This document shows, piece after piece, positions 41,545-54,575 of a stretch of DNA of 64,000 nt. The notes beneath the pieces are model-generated. The model did no database searches and was not told the origin of the DNA. It saw only the letters and a list, made by a program, of their open reading frames with translations. Origin of the DNA: Octopus bimaculoides (lineage: Eukaryota); NCBI RefSeq assembly GCF_001194135.2, contig NC_068982.1, forward strand, positions 118,979,438 through 119,043,437, written 5' to 3'. The position numbers and the translations under genes are program-made. Position 1 is the stretch's first letter, and each line of letters starts with the position of its first letter.

Positions 41545-41820
41545 GGGCATGAGCTACTGGTTAGTGTGTTGTATGAAAAAGAGTTCGTGGCTGCGAATCA
41601 CGGACCGGGTGATGCCTTTGGTCTTTAGTAAAACACTTCATTTCACGTTGTTCTACGGTCACTTCGAAATCTTATGTGTGGCACATCGCGCACCCGTACA
41701 GACATTGTTAGTTTGCTAGTGGGACGGATCTAATATACAGCACAAACAATTGATCCTCGTAAATAAATCATCTGTGTCGATGTTTCAACAAGAAATTGCA
41801 GAAACCGCATCTGTCGTCAG
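41545..41820 (+). mobile_element. Decayed tRNA-derived SINE (third family)
   Basis: tRNA-like head (tggttagtgtgttg...tgcgaatcacggaccggg), then aaaacacttcatttcacgttg...cacttcgaaatcttatgtgtggcaca; homologous to 27780-28060. Confidence 0.6.
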
Positions 41821-42469
41821 CCATGGTAGAGTCCACCCGCACCCAACTATTTTTGCTCAAATGCAAGTTAGATACCACTTTTCTCCAAAACATGGAACAC
41901 ATGTAGATGCTAGACTATATGCAGCAATACACATGATAAATGAAAAATAAATCCTGAAAACAATACATAAACGCACATAAATGTTATGCATAAAGCTTAC
42001 AATTTGAAAAATCTATACACTCCCTCATTATATGCAAATCATTATTCAGTTCGTTTAACAGATTCAATAAGTCACACGCAAGTTCCCATCCCGTGGAAAT
42101 ACATCATTCTTCAGAAAATGTAACTTTCTAAATACTTTGGCAAACGCAAATCAATTCGGGAATACTATTTAAAGTTTAAGAAACAAGTCCCTATATAAAT
42201 TTTAATTGTCATTAATTTTGAAATTAAAATTTAGAAGACCAGCATTTCAAAACAAAACGTAAAAATTATCTAATATGTGGCCGAAACAAAATTCGCATCA
42301 AAAATAAAATAAATTAAAATAAAATGAAATAAATAAGAACACATACGACTATACCGTCAATTTTTACAAGCACAATGAATAGCTTATTAGAAGTGTCTTA
42401 ACAAGAAAGTATAAAAATGCTTTAGCAGGATTAACTAATAATATCATTTAACATATCCTTTGTACTACA

Positions 42470-42670
42470 CGCACAGGGCTTGAAATTTTTGGAGAAAGGA
42501 TCTAATCAGTTACATCGATCCCAGTACTCAATTGGTATTTGTCTTATAGAAGCCGAAACGATGAAAGCAACGCCAGATTCGGTGCAATTTGAATTCTGAG
42601 CGTGAAGCCAGAAGAAATGCTGCGAAACATTTTGTCCGGCATACTAATGATTAGGCAGGCTTGCTGTCTT
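42470..42670 (-). mobile_element. Decayed SINE (family of 62104-62544)
   Basis: cacagggcttgaaatttt...atcgatcccagtactcaattggtattt...gatgaaagca...atttgaattctgagcgt resembles the reverse complement of the second SINE unit. Confidence 0.6.
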
Positions 42671-43269
42671 AAATTTATTTTATATGTGTGTATGGTTCAA
42701 ATGTACAGAAAACAGAAGGCAAAGACACAGAGACTGGTGAGAGAAGAACAAGCAGTTGTATCAGTTTGACGCTCGGGAAACAGACATTGCTTCGGGTCTT
42801 GATATTCTGCTTGGTTACAAATTTGATGTTTTCCTGTCGACATGAACTGTTGGCTATCTTCATTCAAATACTGGATCTGGTGTGAGAAATCTCCGTACCT
42901 CACTAGCAAAAGTAGTGTGTTAGTATTTCGAAGAATAACCTAAATAGTAAGCTCCGTGAAAAATTAATTTAGAACAACTTAATTGTCCATTACAGTTGAT
43001 TGTAATCACATTGCATCTAAGTGATTCCGTGTGAATTATTATGCAGTATGTGTCGTTGAATATGTTAGAGAGGCAGTTCATCAGACTACCTCAGACTTAT
43101 TCAACCACACTTGTTGCATTATTTTTCACACAAAACCATTTACATCGGAGACTCTGAATAACGATGTTGTAACGCATGGCAAGTGTATATCATCACATAA
43201 TATCTTTTATTTTTCAAACAATTTTTTTTATAGATTCATGTGAAGATCTTTAGAACAACACGCGCAAGC

Positions 43270-43354
<85 letters not shown>

Positions 43355-45137
43355 ATAACACACATATATATTAATTCAGAGAGATAAAGGACGTGAGATA
43401 TAAAAGAAGGGAGAGATACAGAAAGGGAGAGATAGAGGAAAGAAAAGATAGGAAAAAGAAGGGTAGTTAGGGAAAGAAAGGAGAGAGGGAAAGAAACAGT
43501 TAGACAGACAGGCACATATAGAGAGGTCGTAGTCCTCTCAATAGAAATAGAGCAGAAACGCAAATGTCCCCCTAAATAAATTTTTATCCTGCTATACTTA
43601 TCAGTCCGTTCTGAATTTGTTAAAAATGTAGCATTCTTAATATTTCCAGATGATCTGATTGATATTCTTGATGTCTTAGTGTATTGAAACAGTGTAGAAT
43701 ATGGTGTTACCCTCATAAAAAAAAATGCAAACGCCTTAAACAGATTGCCATTCCCAGCGTATAAACGTTAATCCAATTTCTCATCCTCTTGTATATCCTA
43801 GCTCAACTGAATCTTGTTCGCCATGTAAAACTAAAGGAAACCATAAATCCTGGTATTGTTTTATGTTTAACCTGGCTTAGTTTTAGTTTTACGATATAAC
43901 GTATCATTGTCCTTTCTTGCTTATCCCTGTAGATACCTTTTCCTGTTGCTTGCATTGAAAATGCCGTTATAAAAGAAATAAACACAATTTGTACAGTTCT
44001 CAAGCGTTAAAAATCGTATATGATATGTTGCATTTTATATAGTATTTTGTACAGCTCTCAGTAACTACACAAAAACATTAAAATAAGTATAATTCCAAGA
44101 GATCCAATTTCTGAAAATCATGATATTTGAATGTTTCATTCTCTAATATGGCTTTGCATCACAATATCAACTCTATTTCCCTGTGGTTAGCATAGCTTTA
44201 GCTTTTAATGCATAAGGAATTACGACAGTGTATCTTACCTCTTTGGACGGTAAAACAAGATGGACGATAGGATTTAATTCTTACTAGGAACTCTACTTAT
44301 AGTATATATTTACGAAGTTAAATAAGTAATTCTTCTCATGTTCTACAATTACACGCTTGGATAACAATAAAATTGTTTGATGCAAACTATGTTTCACAAC
44401 CGCTAATGATGTATTTGAGTGGCCCATATACCAGTAAAATCTGGTGATGATATTCATCTTCAACAGCTGCACACTGCTCATGTGAGCAAGCTGAGCTAAG
44501 ATACAGTTTTCTTGATATCTGTAGTTATTATATTTGTCTTGCTGAAGAAAACAAACGGACATGGTATTATTGGAGAATGATCTCGAGGTCAATGTTAATG
44601 GAATCAGTGTAGAGGTATAGAGGTTGTGTGAATGAATATTGGGGATAAATGACAGATGGTATAATTTAAATTGTGGTATTCAATAGGACGATATTAATGT
44701 ATGGGAATATACGCAATACTCTAACCATGAAGCACGCTAATGATATAGAGAGGTCTCTCAGTCAGTAGACGACGTAATGCTGCGATCAGATATGAAGCTG
44801 CAGATTTAAGAGACGAGTGGTGGTGGCATGTCTAGGTAAAGAAATTCTTTCACCAAACAAGTGCGTATGTGTTCACAATTACAGTGTGCGACAAAATTAT
44901 GTTTCAAAGAATTTCACGCCGGCGGAATCTCACGAGTGTGTGAGTAACATAAAGATTAGGCTTGCCAAAATTCATAATATAATCATTTATGCGGGAGGGA
45001 ATTTCAAATTGGTAGGCAAAGTTGCTGCTGATGGACGTCTCCATTAGGCTCCAAATGTTGAAATTTATCATGATTAGATGAACAGCATGGTCTGAAGTAA
45101 AACCCTTATTGAGAATGAGACATGTTCTAGCATATGC

Positions 45138-45169
<32 letters not shown>

Positions 45170-47072
45170 NNNNNNNNNNNNNNNNNNNNNNNNNNNNNNN
45201 NNNNNNNNNNNNNNNNNNNNNNNNNNNNNNNNNNNNNNNNNNNNNNNNNNNNNNNNNNNNNNNNNNNNNNNNNNNNNNNNNNNNNNNNNNNNNNNNNNNN
45301 NNNNNNNNNNNNNNNNNNNNNNNNNNNNNNNNNNNNNNNNNNNNNNNNNNNNNNNNNNNNNNNNNNNNNNNNNNNNNNNNNNNNNNNNNNNNNNNNNNNN
45401 NNNNNNNNNNNNNNNNNNNNNNNNNNNNNNNNNNNNNNNNNNNNNNNNNNNNNNNNNNNNNNNNNNNNNNNNNNNNNNNNNNNNNNNNNNNNNNNNNNNN
45501 NNNNNNNNNNNNNNNNNNNNNNNNNNNNNNNNNNNNNNNNNNNNNNNNNNNNNNNNNNNNNNNNNNNNNNNNNNNNNNNNNNNNNNNNNNNNNNNNNNNN
45601 NNNNNNNNNNNNNNNNNNNNNNNNNNNNNNNNNNNNNNNNNNNNNNNNNNNNNNNNNNNNNNNNNNNNNNNNNNNNNNNNNNNNNNNNNNNNNNNNNNNN
45701 NNNNNNNNNNNNNNNNNNNNNNNNNNNNNNNNNNNNNNNNNNNNNNNNNNNNNNNNNNNNNNNNNNNNNNNNNNNNNNNNNNNNNNNNNNNNNNNNNNNN
45801 NNNNNNNNNNNNNNNNNNNNNNNNNNNNNNNNNNNNNNNNNNNNNNNNNNNNNNNNNNNNNNNNNNNNNNNNNNNNNNNNNNNNNNNNNNNNNNNNNNNN
45901 NNNNNNNNNNNNNNNNNNNNNNNNNNNNNNGAGAGAGAGAGAGCGAGAGAGAGAGAGCGAGAGAGAGAGAGCGAGAGAGAGAGAGAGAGGGGGGGTGAGA
46001 GAAAGAGAGAGACAGAGGGAGGGATAGAGTAAAAAAGACAAACAGACAGGTAGTCAGGCAGATGTCGACATATAATTTCTTGCCAATAGCAAGTGGCTGC
46101 ATTAATATGTATATTGTTACCATGTGTTATAATATTCATTTACTTCTCATTTTTTCATTTTATTTTTTTATATATTTTTTATGGAAGCACTTAACATATT
46201 TCAGCCAACGGCATTTGACAAATGCCTTCACATGTCCACTACTTCACATTGTCTTCTGTTCATATAGACTGTTTTCGGAGACTTAAACTCTTCAACACAA
46301 GAGTTCTCTGTTTATATTATCTTCAGTACATTTCATTTAGAATAAGTGTCTATGTATGTAGCGGGTGGTGGGACGCAGTTGTATGACTGTGCTTTCTTGT
46401 GTTTCTCTCTGTATGTATATACCTATGTCTGCATTTGCACTTATCTTTACTAATTTCCTGGGGTTAGACCGGCTGCTTCTTTTTTATATGTATATATATA
46501 TATATTGATGTCTGGCCAGAAAATCAAATGTCAAATATCTGAAGCATTTCAAAGTCATTCGTTGAAGTTATTAGTTCTTAGAACATGAATCATCAAAAAT
46601 GATAAATACTTGCGCATACACGTAAGCACACACACATACACGCACATACACACACATACACACTCACACACACTCACACGCACATACATATACACACACA
46701 GACAAAATATATACAATTAATAGAAATCGACGCTGACATATAGAGATAGGCTCCAATTGAACCTGGAGAAGGGCAACATTGGAGTGGAAATTTGGAAAAC
46801 TATCGCACTTTATGCGATATCATAGCTAAAAGGATATTCTAACTATGCCGATCTATTTTGAAGAGAGTGAAAATTATCACATTAAAAACGCAGTATTAAA
46901 ATGTGACGGATGGAAGAGGGGAGTACAGAGAGCAAAGTCTGTTTTCTAATTGGGATCAAATTTGTTCAACTATGGCTGGCTTTCGTGGACAGTTAAGGAA
47001 GATATTAGAAGTAGTTACTACAGGAGATGGCATGTATCTGCTATTCTTGAAATAATAAGTTCTTGCTATTAG

Positions 47073-47124
<52 letters not shown>

Positions 47125-47899
47125 CAGATAGATCATATCTAGGAATTATTGGGCGTATTCTAATAAATATGAAGATGGTTTCCAGCGAAGGAAATTTAGA
47201 TAAAACAACTATAAACATTACTTGTAAAACTTTAATTTTTCCCCTTTCTTGTATTTTTTACTTACAGATTGTATATGTAACTGAGTGTGTTATACATCAA
47301 ATCATTTATTCACAAAGTAACTGGCAGTTCATTTCCTTACATGAAAGTATAACTTTTCCAAATTGTCATTTAAGCATTTCCTAATATAACCTTGTGCATC
47401 AGCAATTATATTGATATACATATTTATTTATGTTCAAGTTACAGAAGCTCAACTTTCGAAGCAATTGACTTAGAAATAGGTGCTTACATCTACAGTGCAG
47501 CTGACCAATTTGATGGAAAATATAGCTATGTATAATGATAGAGATTAACAGTTCTATTTATATAGGGTGTAAAATTTAAAAGGAATATCCCACAAACACA
47601 GTATTCTATATTACGTTAGCAGATTCATGCCCTAAATTAATGTAGTATATTGAAAAAATTACGGGGAGCTCCTGATTATGTACACCTTCGAATCGACAAT
47701 TTCAATTGCATCTTTGAAGTTTAAAGTCTTTATTGTATCACCCTTTCAATCTATTTTTCATAACTATTTCATTCTCATCCGTTTCGGAAGACTAAGCATC
47801 GTTTATGACAGGGTCTAAACTATCGCAAGTATAAGGAAATATACACATACATAGCCACCGCTTGTTAGACATTTAATTCACTTTAAGATTTATGTTGTG

Positions 47900-48395
47900 C
47901 TATGCAAGACCTAGTCAGCTAATCAGAACTCCTTGTAGAATTCTTCTGACATACTGCATGTTTGAAGTATTCATTTTTGCTGTAGTTGCTTAGTACTGAC
48001 TGAGTAACAACTTAAGCTTCATTCTCTTCAGCTTTTCTTCTGAGATTGAGCACATCAGAAGCACAATTTCCGTACAAGTTGGTAGATGATGTTAACTTTT
48101 TACAGATTGTACTTTCGGTACTCTGCGATCAAGCTCTGAGTGTCCAGCTGTGTCAGTATGGTATGCAGCTGGACTCTGGTTTAAGCGAAAAATACAAAAT
48201 CATCTGCAAATCAGAGATGTGTTAGTTGCTTGCCGTTGATGTTCACATCACCAGTTCAGTCAATGTCCTTCATGGCCATTTCTGGACATGCGGTAAAGAG
48301 TTTGGAGAGATAGTATCACTTTGCTTGACACCATTCACGATTGCGACCCTGACTAGGGTTGATAGCAGACTTGTATCTGTTCTGCACACACGCAC
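47900..48395 (-). mobile_element. RTE-clade LINE reverse transcriptase fragment (degenerate)
   Basis: VRVAIVNGVKQSDTISP/LFTACPEMAMKDID*TGDVNINGKQLTHL*FADDFVFFA*TRVQLHTILTQLDTQS matches the RTE GVRQGDTISPKLF...INGE.L.HLRFADD blocks. Confidence 0.8.
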
Positions 48396-48920
48396 ACGCA
48401 TAAACACATACACACACAAACACACGGAAATATATATATATATATATAGATGTAGGTAGACGTAGGTATGTACATACCTGTACGTATATATGCATATACT
48501 CATTTATTATTTGTTTATATATATATATATATATATATATATNNNNNNNNNNNNNNNNNNNNNNNNNNNNNNNNNNNNNNNNNNNNNNNNNNNNNNNNNN
48601 NNNNNNNNNNNNNNNNNNNNNNNNNNNNNNNNNNNNNNNNNNNNNNNNNNNNNNNNNNNNNNNNNNNNNNNNNNNNNNNNNNNNNNNNNNNNNNNNNNNN
48701 NNNNNNNNNNNNNNNNNNNNNNNNNNNNNNNNNNNNNNNNNNNNNNNNNNNNNNNNNNNNNNNNNNNNNNNNNNNNNNNNNNNNNNNNNNNNNNNNNNNN
48801 ACAGAGATCTAGCTTATTTATATAAAAACAGGTGTCTTGGGGGGTTTTGTTTATAACAGAACATTGTTTTTTTGTTTTTTTGGCGTGAGGCTTTGGAGAC
48901 AATGGAAGATGTATAAGCAA

Positions 48921-48988
<68 letters not shown>

Positions 48989-50743
48989 GCAGATAGAGAG
49001 ATAGATAGATAGACTGATAGTCAGACAGATAGAGAGATGGATGTGGTAAAAGAGAGAGAGAAGGGCCATTGTATATATATCGAAGTTGCAAAAAAACTAA
49101 TACGCTGATAGTTTCTGTACTGTTAGCAAGTAATGCTGTTAAAAATGCGAATAAAATTCTAAATTGAGTGAGTGGAACTTGTGAATTATAAGCTTCATTT
49201 TATAAGCTTCTGTTACTATCTGTCACTCACTACGCCAATATTACGCAATGAAGTTTTCTGCGAGTTTAACTGAATAGAATATTCAAGACCAAAAAGTGGG
49301 AATAAAGTAAGTTTAGAGAACCAATGAGTGTTTTAGCATTAGATGGAATCCAAAGTATGCAAAGAGTGGGTGTGGTTTAGAGCCAGAGAGTACGATGAAA
49401 ATGATAACGCGAAGGAAAGAAGAAAGACATTCTTTTCGATATAGTGAATGGCAGGCGAATGTATTGCGGTGACGACAGATTTCAGCAGACTACTAGCTTG
49501 CTGTCGTCCAGATTTATACGGGTAGATGGCAAGCGGCGCGGGGTGAGGGGTCGTTTGAATGAAGGACACTGGTGCTTACGCAGGCGCATATAGATTCACA
49601 CATACATATACAACCCACCGCTGACAGACTTATTCAAACACATGTGGTCATCTACACTAGCCCACACCAACACACTGAAGTATAATTTAGAATACATAAG
49701 TACCCACACATATAAGAAAAACTACAACATACATATATATATATATATATATATGTGTGTGTATATATATATATATCATGTNNNNNNNNNNNNNNNNNNN
49801 NNNNNNNNNNNNNNNNNNNNNNNNNNNNNNNNNNNNNNNNNNNNNNNNNNNNNNNNNNNNNNNNNNNNNNNNNNNNNNNNNNNNNNNNNNNNNNNNNNNN
49901 NNNNNNNNNNNNNNNNNNNNNNNNNNNNNNNNNNNNNNNNNNNNNNNNNNNNNNNNNNNNNNNNNNNNNNNNNNNNNNNNNNNNNNNNNNNNNNNNNNNN
50001 NNNNNNNNNNNNNNNNNNNNNNNNNNNNNNNNNNNNNNNNNNNNNNNNNNNNNNNNNNNNNNNNNNNNNNNNNNNNNNNNNNNNNNNNNNNNNNNNNNNN
50101 NNNNNNNNNNNNNNNNNNNNNNNNNNNNNNNNNNNNNNNNNNNNNNNNNNNNNNNNNNNNNNNNNNNNNNNNNNNNNNNNNNNNNNNNNNNNNNNNNNNN
50201 NNNNNNNNNNNNNNNNNNNNNNNNNNNNNNNNNNNNNNNNNNNNNNNNNNNNNNNNNNNNNNNNNNNNNNNNNNNNNNNNNNNNNNNNNNNNNNNNNNNN
50301 NNNNNNNNNNNNNNNNNNNNNNNNNNNNNNNNNNNNNNNNNNNNNNNNNNNNNNNNNNNNNNNNNNNNNNNNNNNNNNNNNNNNNNNNNNNNNNNNNNNN
50401 NNNNNNNNNNNNNNNNNNNNNNNNNNNNNNNNNNNNNNNNNNNNNNNNNNNNNNNNNNNNNNNNNNNNNNNNNNNNNNNNNNNNNNNNNNNNNNNNNNNN
50501 NNNNNNNNNNNNNNNNNNNNNNNNNNNNNNNNNNNNNNNNNNNNNNNNNNNNNNNNNNNNNNNNNNNNNNNNNNNNNNNNNNNNNNNNNNNNNNNNNNNN
50601 NNNNNNNNNNNNNNNNNNNNNNNNNNNNNNNNNNNNNNNNNNNNNNNNNNNNNNNNNNTGAATAGCATATGGAAATCGGTATTGAGGAAGGAAAGAAAAA
50701 TAATAGATTTATAAGCCTTAAAATTCACCCCATAATTGCCCAC

Positions 50744-50994
50744 GGGCATATGGCGTAGTGGTTAAGAGCGCGGGCTACTAACCCCAAGGTTCCGAGTTCG
50801 ATTCGCGGCAGCGACCTGATTAATAATAGTAATAATAATAATAATAAATAATAATAGTAACATTGTTAGGAATAAGAACCCAGGTTCGAAATTTCCCCAA
50901 GACACCTGACGAAGGCTGGAGAGTATATCAGCCGAAACGTTGTGTTAACAACAAACAAGATGAGGAAAAATATCCGTCAAATGTAAATAATGTA

Positions 50995-51000
<6 letters not shown>
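50744..51000 (+). mobile_element. tRNA-Arg-like SINE head + (AAT)n + hammerhead-bearing tail (copy C, most intact)
   Basis: A box TGGCGTAGTGG, B box GAGTTCGATTC and an anticodon-like loop CTACTAA, similar to tRNA-Arg(UCU). Then (AAT)n and a tail shared with 3002, 3662, 63194 and 63498. Confidence 0.9.
50901..50946 (+). ncRNA. Minimal type I hammerhead ribozyme motif
   Basis: Stem I GACAC(50901-05)/GTGTT(50942-46); core CTGACGA (50906-12) plus one extra A; stem II GGCTG/CAGCC with a 10-nt loop; GAAAC (50934-38) then GTT. The predicted cleavage site is after 50941. Stem III is the loop-less palindrome AACGTT. Confidence 0.75.
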
Positions 51001-51029
<29 letters not shown>

Positions 51030-51032
<3 letters not shown>

Positions 51033-51215
51033 GTGTATGCTTGTCCCCCACTGATGCTGGTATGTCTCCGTAAATTAGCGTTTCGGCAAAAGTTACCGAT
51101 AACTACCAGGTTTGCAAAGAATAAGACATGGTGTTGATTTCTCCGACTAACAACCTTTAAGGTGGTACTCTAGTATGGCCACAGTCAAATGTCCGAAACA
51201 AGTAAAAGAATATAG
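51030..51215 (+). mobile_element. 3' part of the 16122-16528 SINE family
   Basis: gatgctggt...ttagcgtttcggcaaaag...agtatggccacagtcaaatgtccgaaacaagtaaaaga aligns to the family 3' end. Confidence 0.7.
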
Positions 51216-51284
51216 AGATCTAGATAGATAGATGGATAGAAATCGAGGCTCAATGCTAGTTATTGAATTCCTAGTACAATGTGT

Positions 51285-51437
51285 ACTATGGGTTCCCACA
51301 AATCTTCGTTTGACCCAAACTGTGGTTCAAATGAAGTGTATGGTATAATACATTTGCCGAAGATGCTGCAGACTATGAACCCGTAACCTCATGGTCGTGG
51401 AGAAAATTTCTGAACCATGTTAGTATGTCTGCGCATA
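51285..51437 (-). mobile_element. Highly decayed 5' part of the 16122-16528 SINE family
   Basis: tttgccgaagatgctgcagactatgaacccgtaacctcatggt...tctgcgc resembles 16440-16528. Confidence 0.45.
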
Positions 51438-52580
51438 GAAGTAGAAACTACCATAGAAAAACTCATAGTTACTCACTCATAGTACCCTATATGCACCCAT
51501 ACACACATGCATATAAGTTACAAGTAGGTATACACTCTGTATGCCCATGCAAATGTTTACACATGCGCACACAAAATTGATTGAGCGCTCCCCTCTAATT
51601 ACTGGTACTATTTATAACTCAGAAATATTTTCAATAAATAATATCATGCATTCCTTCCACCACTCTTACACTTATTAGTAACATATGCATAGATAAATAT
51701 ATTAATATATTGTCATAAGGCAATACTGGTAGCTTCTTATATGCATATATATATATATATATATACATATATTTGTGTGTGTGCGTGTGTGTGTGTGTTT
51801 GCGTGTGTATAGAATGAGCAAATCATGTATATACAGCAGAATAATATAAGTGGAGGTAGTGGAGTAATAATAAGTTGATGGTAGTGGTGCGGAGAGATTA
51901 CGAGAAAGATATCAAAAGAACACACCATATTGAATTATCCATACTTTATTGTCATACCTCAACCGAATAATTTCTGTATCCGTGAAAGAACATTCTCATG
52001 CACAGACAAACACACGCAAAAACTAAGACTGATGATATATATACATATATATACATATATATATATATATATNNNNNNNNNNATACACCTATTCACATAA
52101 TCATGTAAATGGGTTCCCTCTTTTCTTAAATATTCCCATACATAATCGAATTTAAACATTTTGTAACGTAGCACTGATTTATTGTTTGTCTTTGTCTTTC
52201 TCTCTCGTATCCTCTACCATCTTCACGCCCATTATTTTCAATTCAATAGCTTTCGAAGATCAATTCCGCCCCACTCACCGGTTTCATCGATTTTAATGCT
52301 TTCTGATCAAACATTCTGTTCTTTTTCAACTATCTCATTTTTCTTTCTTAATATCACCATTTCAAAATGGCTTATACGTCCATTTATACTATTTTTGTTG
52401 TCTTATTGTTTGTTTTTACCTTCTTATTGGTGTTATTGTCGTGATGGTGCGATGGTTTCTTGTTTGTGTTTGTGGTATTCTTGATGTTAATGCTATTGCT
52501 TATAGATTTGGTAATTTTCATTATTTTCTGCATTTTGTACACCCTATGTTTAAGTGATTGATTTGTTTATTATTCATTAT

Positions 52581-52633
<53 letters not shown>

Positions 52634-52807
52634 CATAGATGCATATACGTATTTCTATATACAGAGAGAGGAAGCTAGATATGCATATATATATATAGAG
52701 AGAGAGGAATGGATAAACACACGTGTTCATACGTACATGCATGCATACATGCATACATATATATACGTACATATATATATGTGTGTGTATATACACATAC
52801 ACACGCA

Positions 52808-52903
<96 letters not shown>

Positions 52904-54540
52904 GCGTAGCATTGTTTCTCAAGTGATAAAATAATTCTACTATGCATCGATTCCCGGATTAAAATGGTAATTTGTGTTTAAGCAATTTTAGAAGAAGTAC
53001 AATATTTACAATATAGCTGAAGTTCGTGTAGCATTAGTTGTAAATATGCATTCATAAATGTGATGCCTCGTGGCAGAATATTGCCTGTGTCTATCCATCC
53101 GTAAGCGAATATGGTGTAAATTGATTTATATTAGTGTCATTATTTACATTTTAAATATTTTTTCTTTCTTTGTTTCTCCTGTTATTGTTTTAGTTACAGT
53201 GTATAGCATGGATAGTTTCCGCATGTAAATGGAGTTAAGCAGATGTGAAATTGCTATGAAATGATTTTAATCTCCGTTTAAATTATTATAAAACGATCAC
53301 ATAGCTGAATACAATACGAACACTGATTCTCAAAACAACGTGACTTCAATGAGTACTTTACGAATTAATGGAGTAACATCTCGGAAGTATGTGCGGCCTG
53401 CTATAAATAGAAGTTTAATAGCTATCAGATCAAAAACTTTCATATTTGATAAGCTAGTGCACGTTAGATAGGGCAACCCTCGATACCCTTCAGCTAAATA
53501 TAAATAATACCATATCTTCAGTATTGCATTTGATCATAGGTCTTTTCCATTTGAGACGAAATTTTCGCACTCTGATCTATGTATTTACCGCACTTTGACA
53601 AATTATGCAAGAAATTTCTCAGCTAAGATTCCGTTGCAATAAGTTTCCCATTTTACTCGGTTGACAATATGATTGTCATAAAACTTCTCGATGTATGTGA
53701 CCGTTTTCATTCAGCTCATTCATTGAATTGTTAACTTTGCCAGTACTAAAACGCAATGATAACCTCCAATCTGTCCATTGTTGTCTCCTTACATAATAGA
53801 AAACCATGTTCATGAAATGGGTTCTTTCAATTTTATACACAATACAGACTGGGATAAATAACCTGACACCTATTGTTAGACTGAAATCTGACGCAATTTG
53901 TGTAATTTTCGTACACGTCTACCTTGTATCAGTTCTGATGAAGATTTTTCATGTTGTTCAATCAACTGAATTAAATAGAAATTTATTTCAAGCATGTAAG
54001 TGGCTAAACTTTCCACGGGTACATTTATTGTTAGCATAACTCCCAACTAAAACTAATGTGATGCAGCATATGACAAGGTCGCAATTTTGAATTTCAGATA
54101 AACTTCGTGTGGTGGACTATGTGTGAATTTCATATAATTTCCCTTATAATTTGAACCAAATTTGTAGATAGTGTTAACTGCCCAATATGCCACTCTTTAG
54201 GAACAAAGACGACATCTCGTTGTTTTAATGTAAACTTATAAAAAAAATCTGTCATACTGCGTCGCCGATGTCATCTACAGAAACGGTAAATACATGAATG
54301 ACGTTACGGGTAACTTGATGGGATGTTCTTCTAACTCAGTTGGAACGAGGAATAATAAAAGAAATCTCATGAGTCATTTATTCTTTCCTGGTGCATAAAT
54401 GTTGATGAATTTGGCTCCACGAGAAATCAACAATAGTATAACGTCACATTTGAGAGGACAACGACTTAAATTCAAGAAAATGAAGTACAGAATTGATTCA
54501 TTTAGATTAAATATGAAATGATTTTCTAACTTCCAAATCC

Positions 54541-54575
<35 letters not shown>

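Noticed and set aside
50744-50818. Possible functional tRNA gene
   Set aside because: The acceptor and anticodon stems pair poorly and the sequence is fused to a repeat body present in another copy; it is a SINE head.
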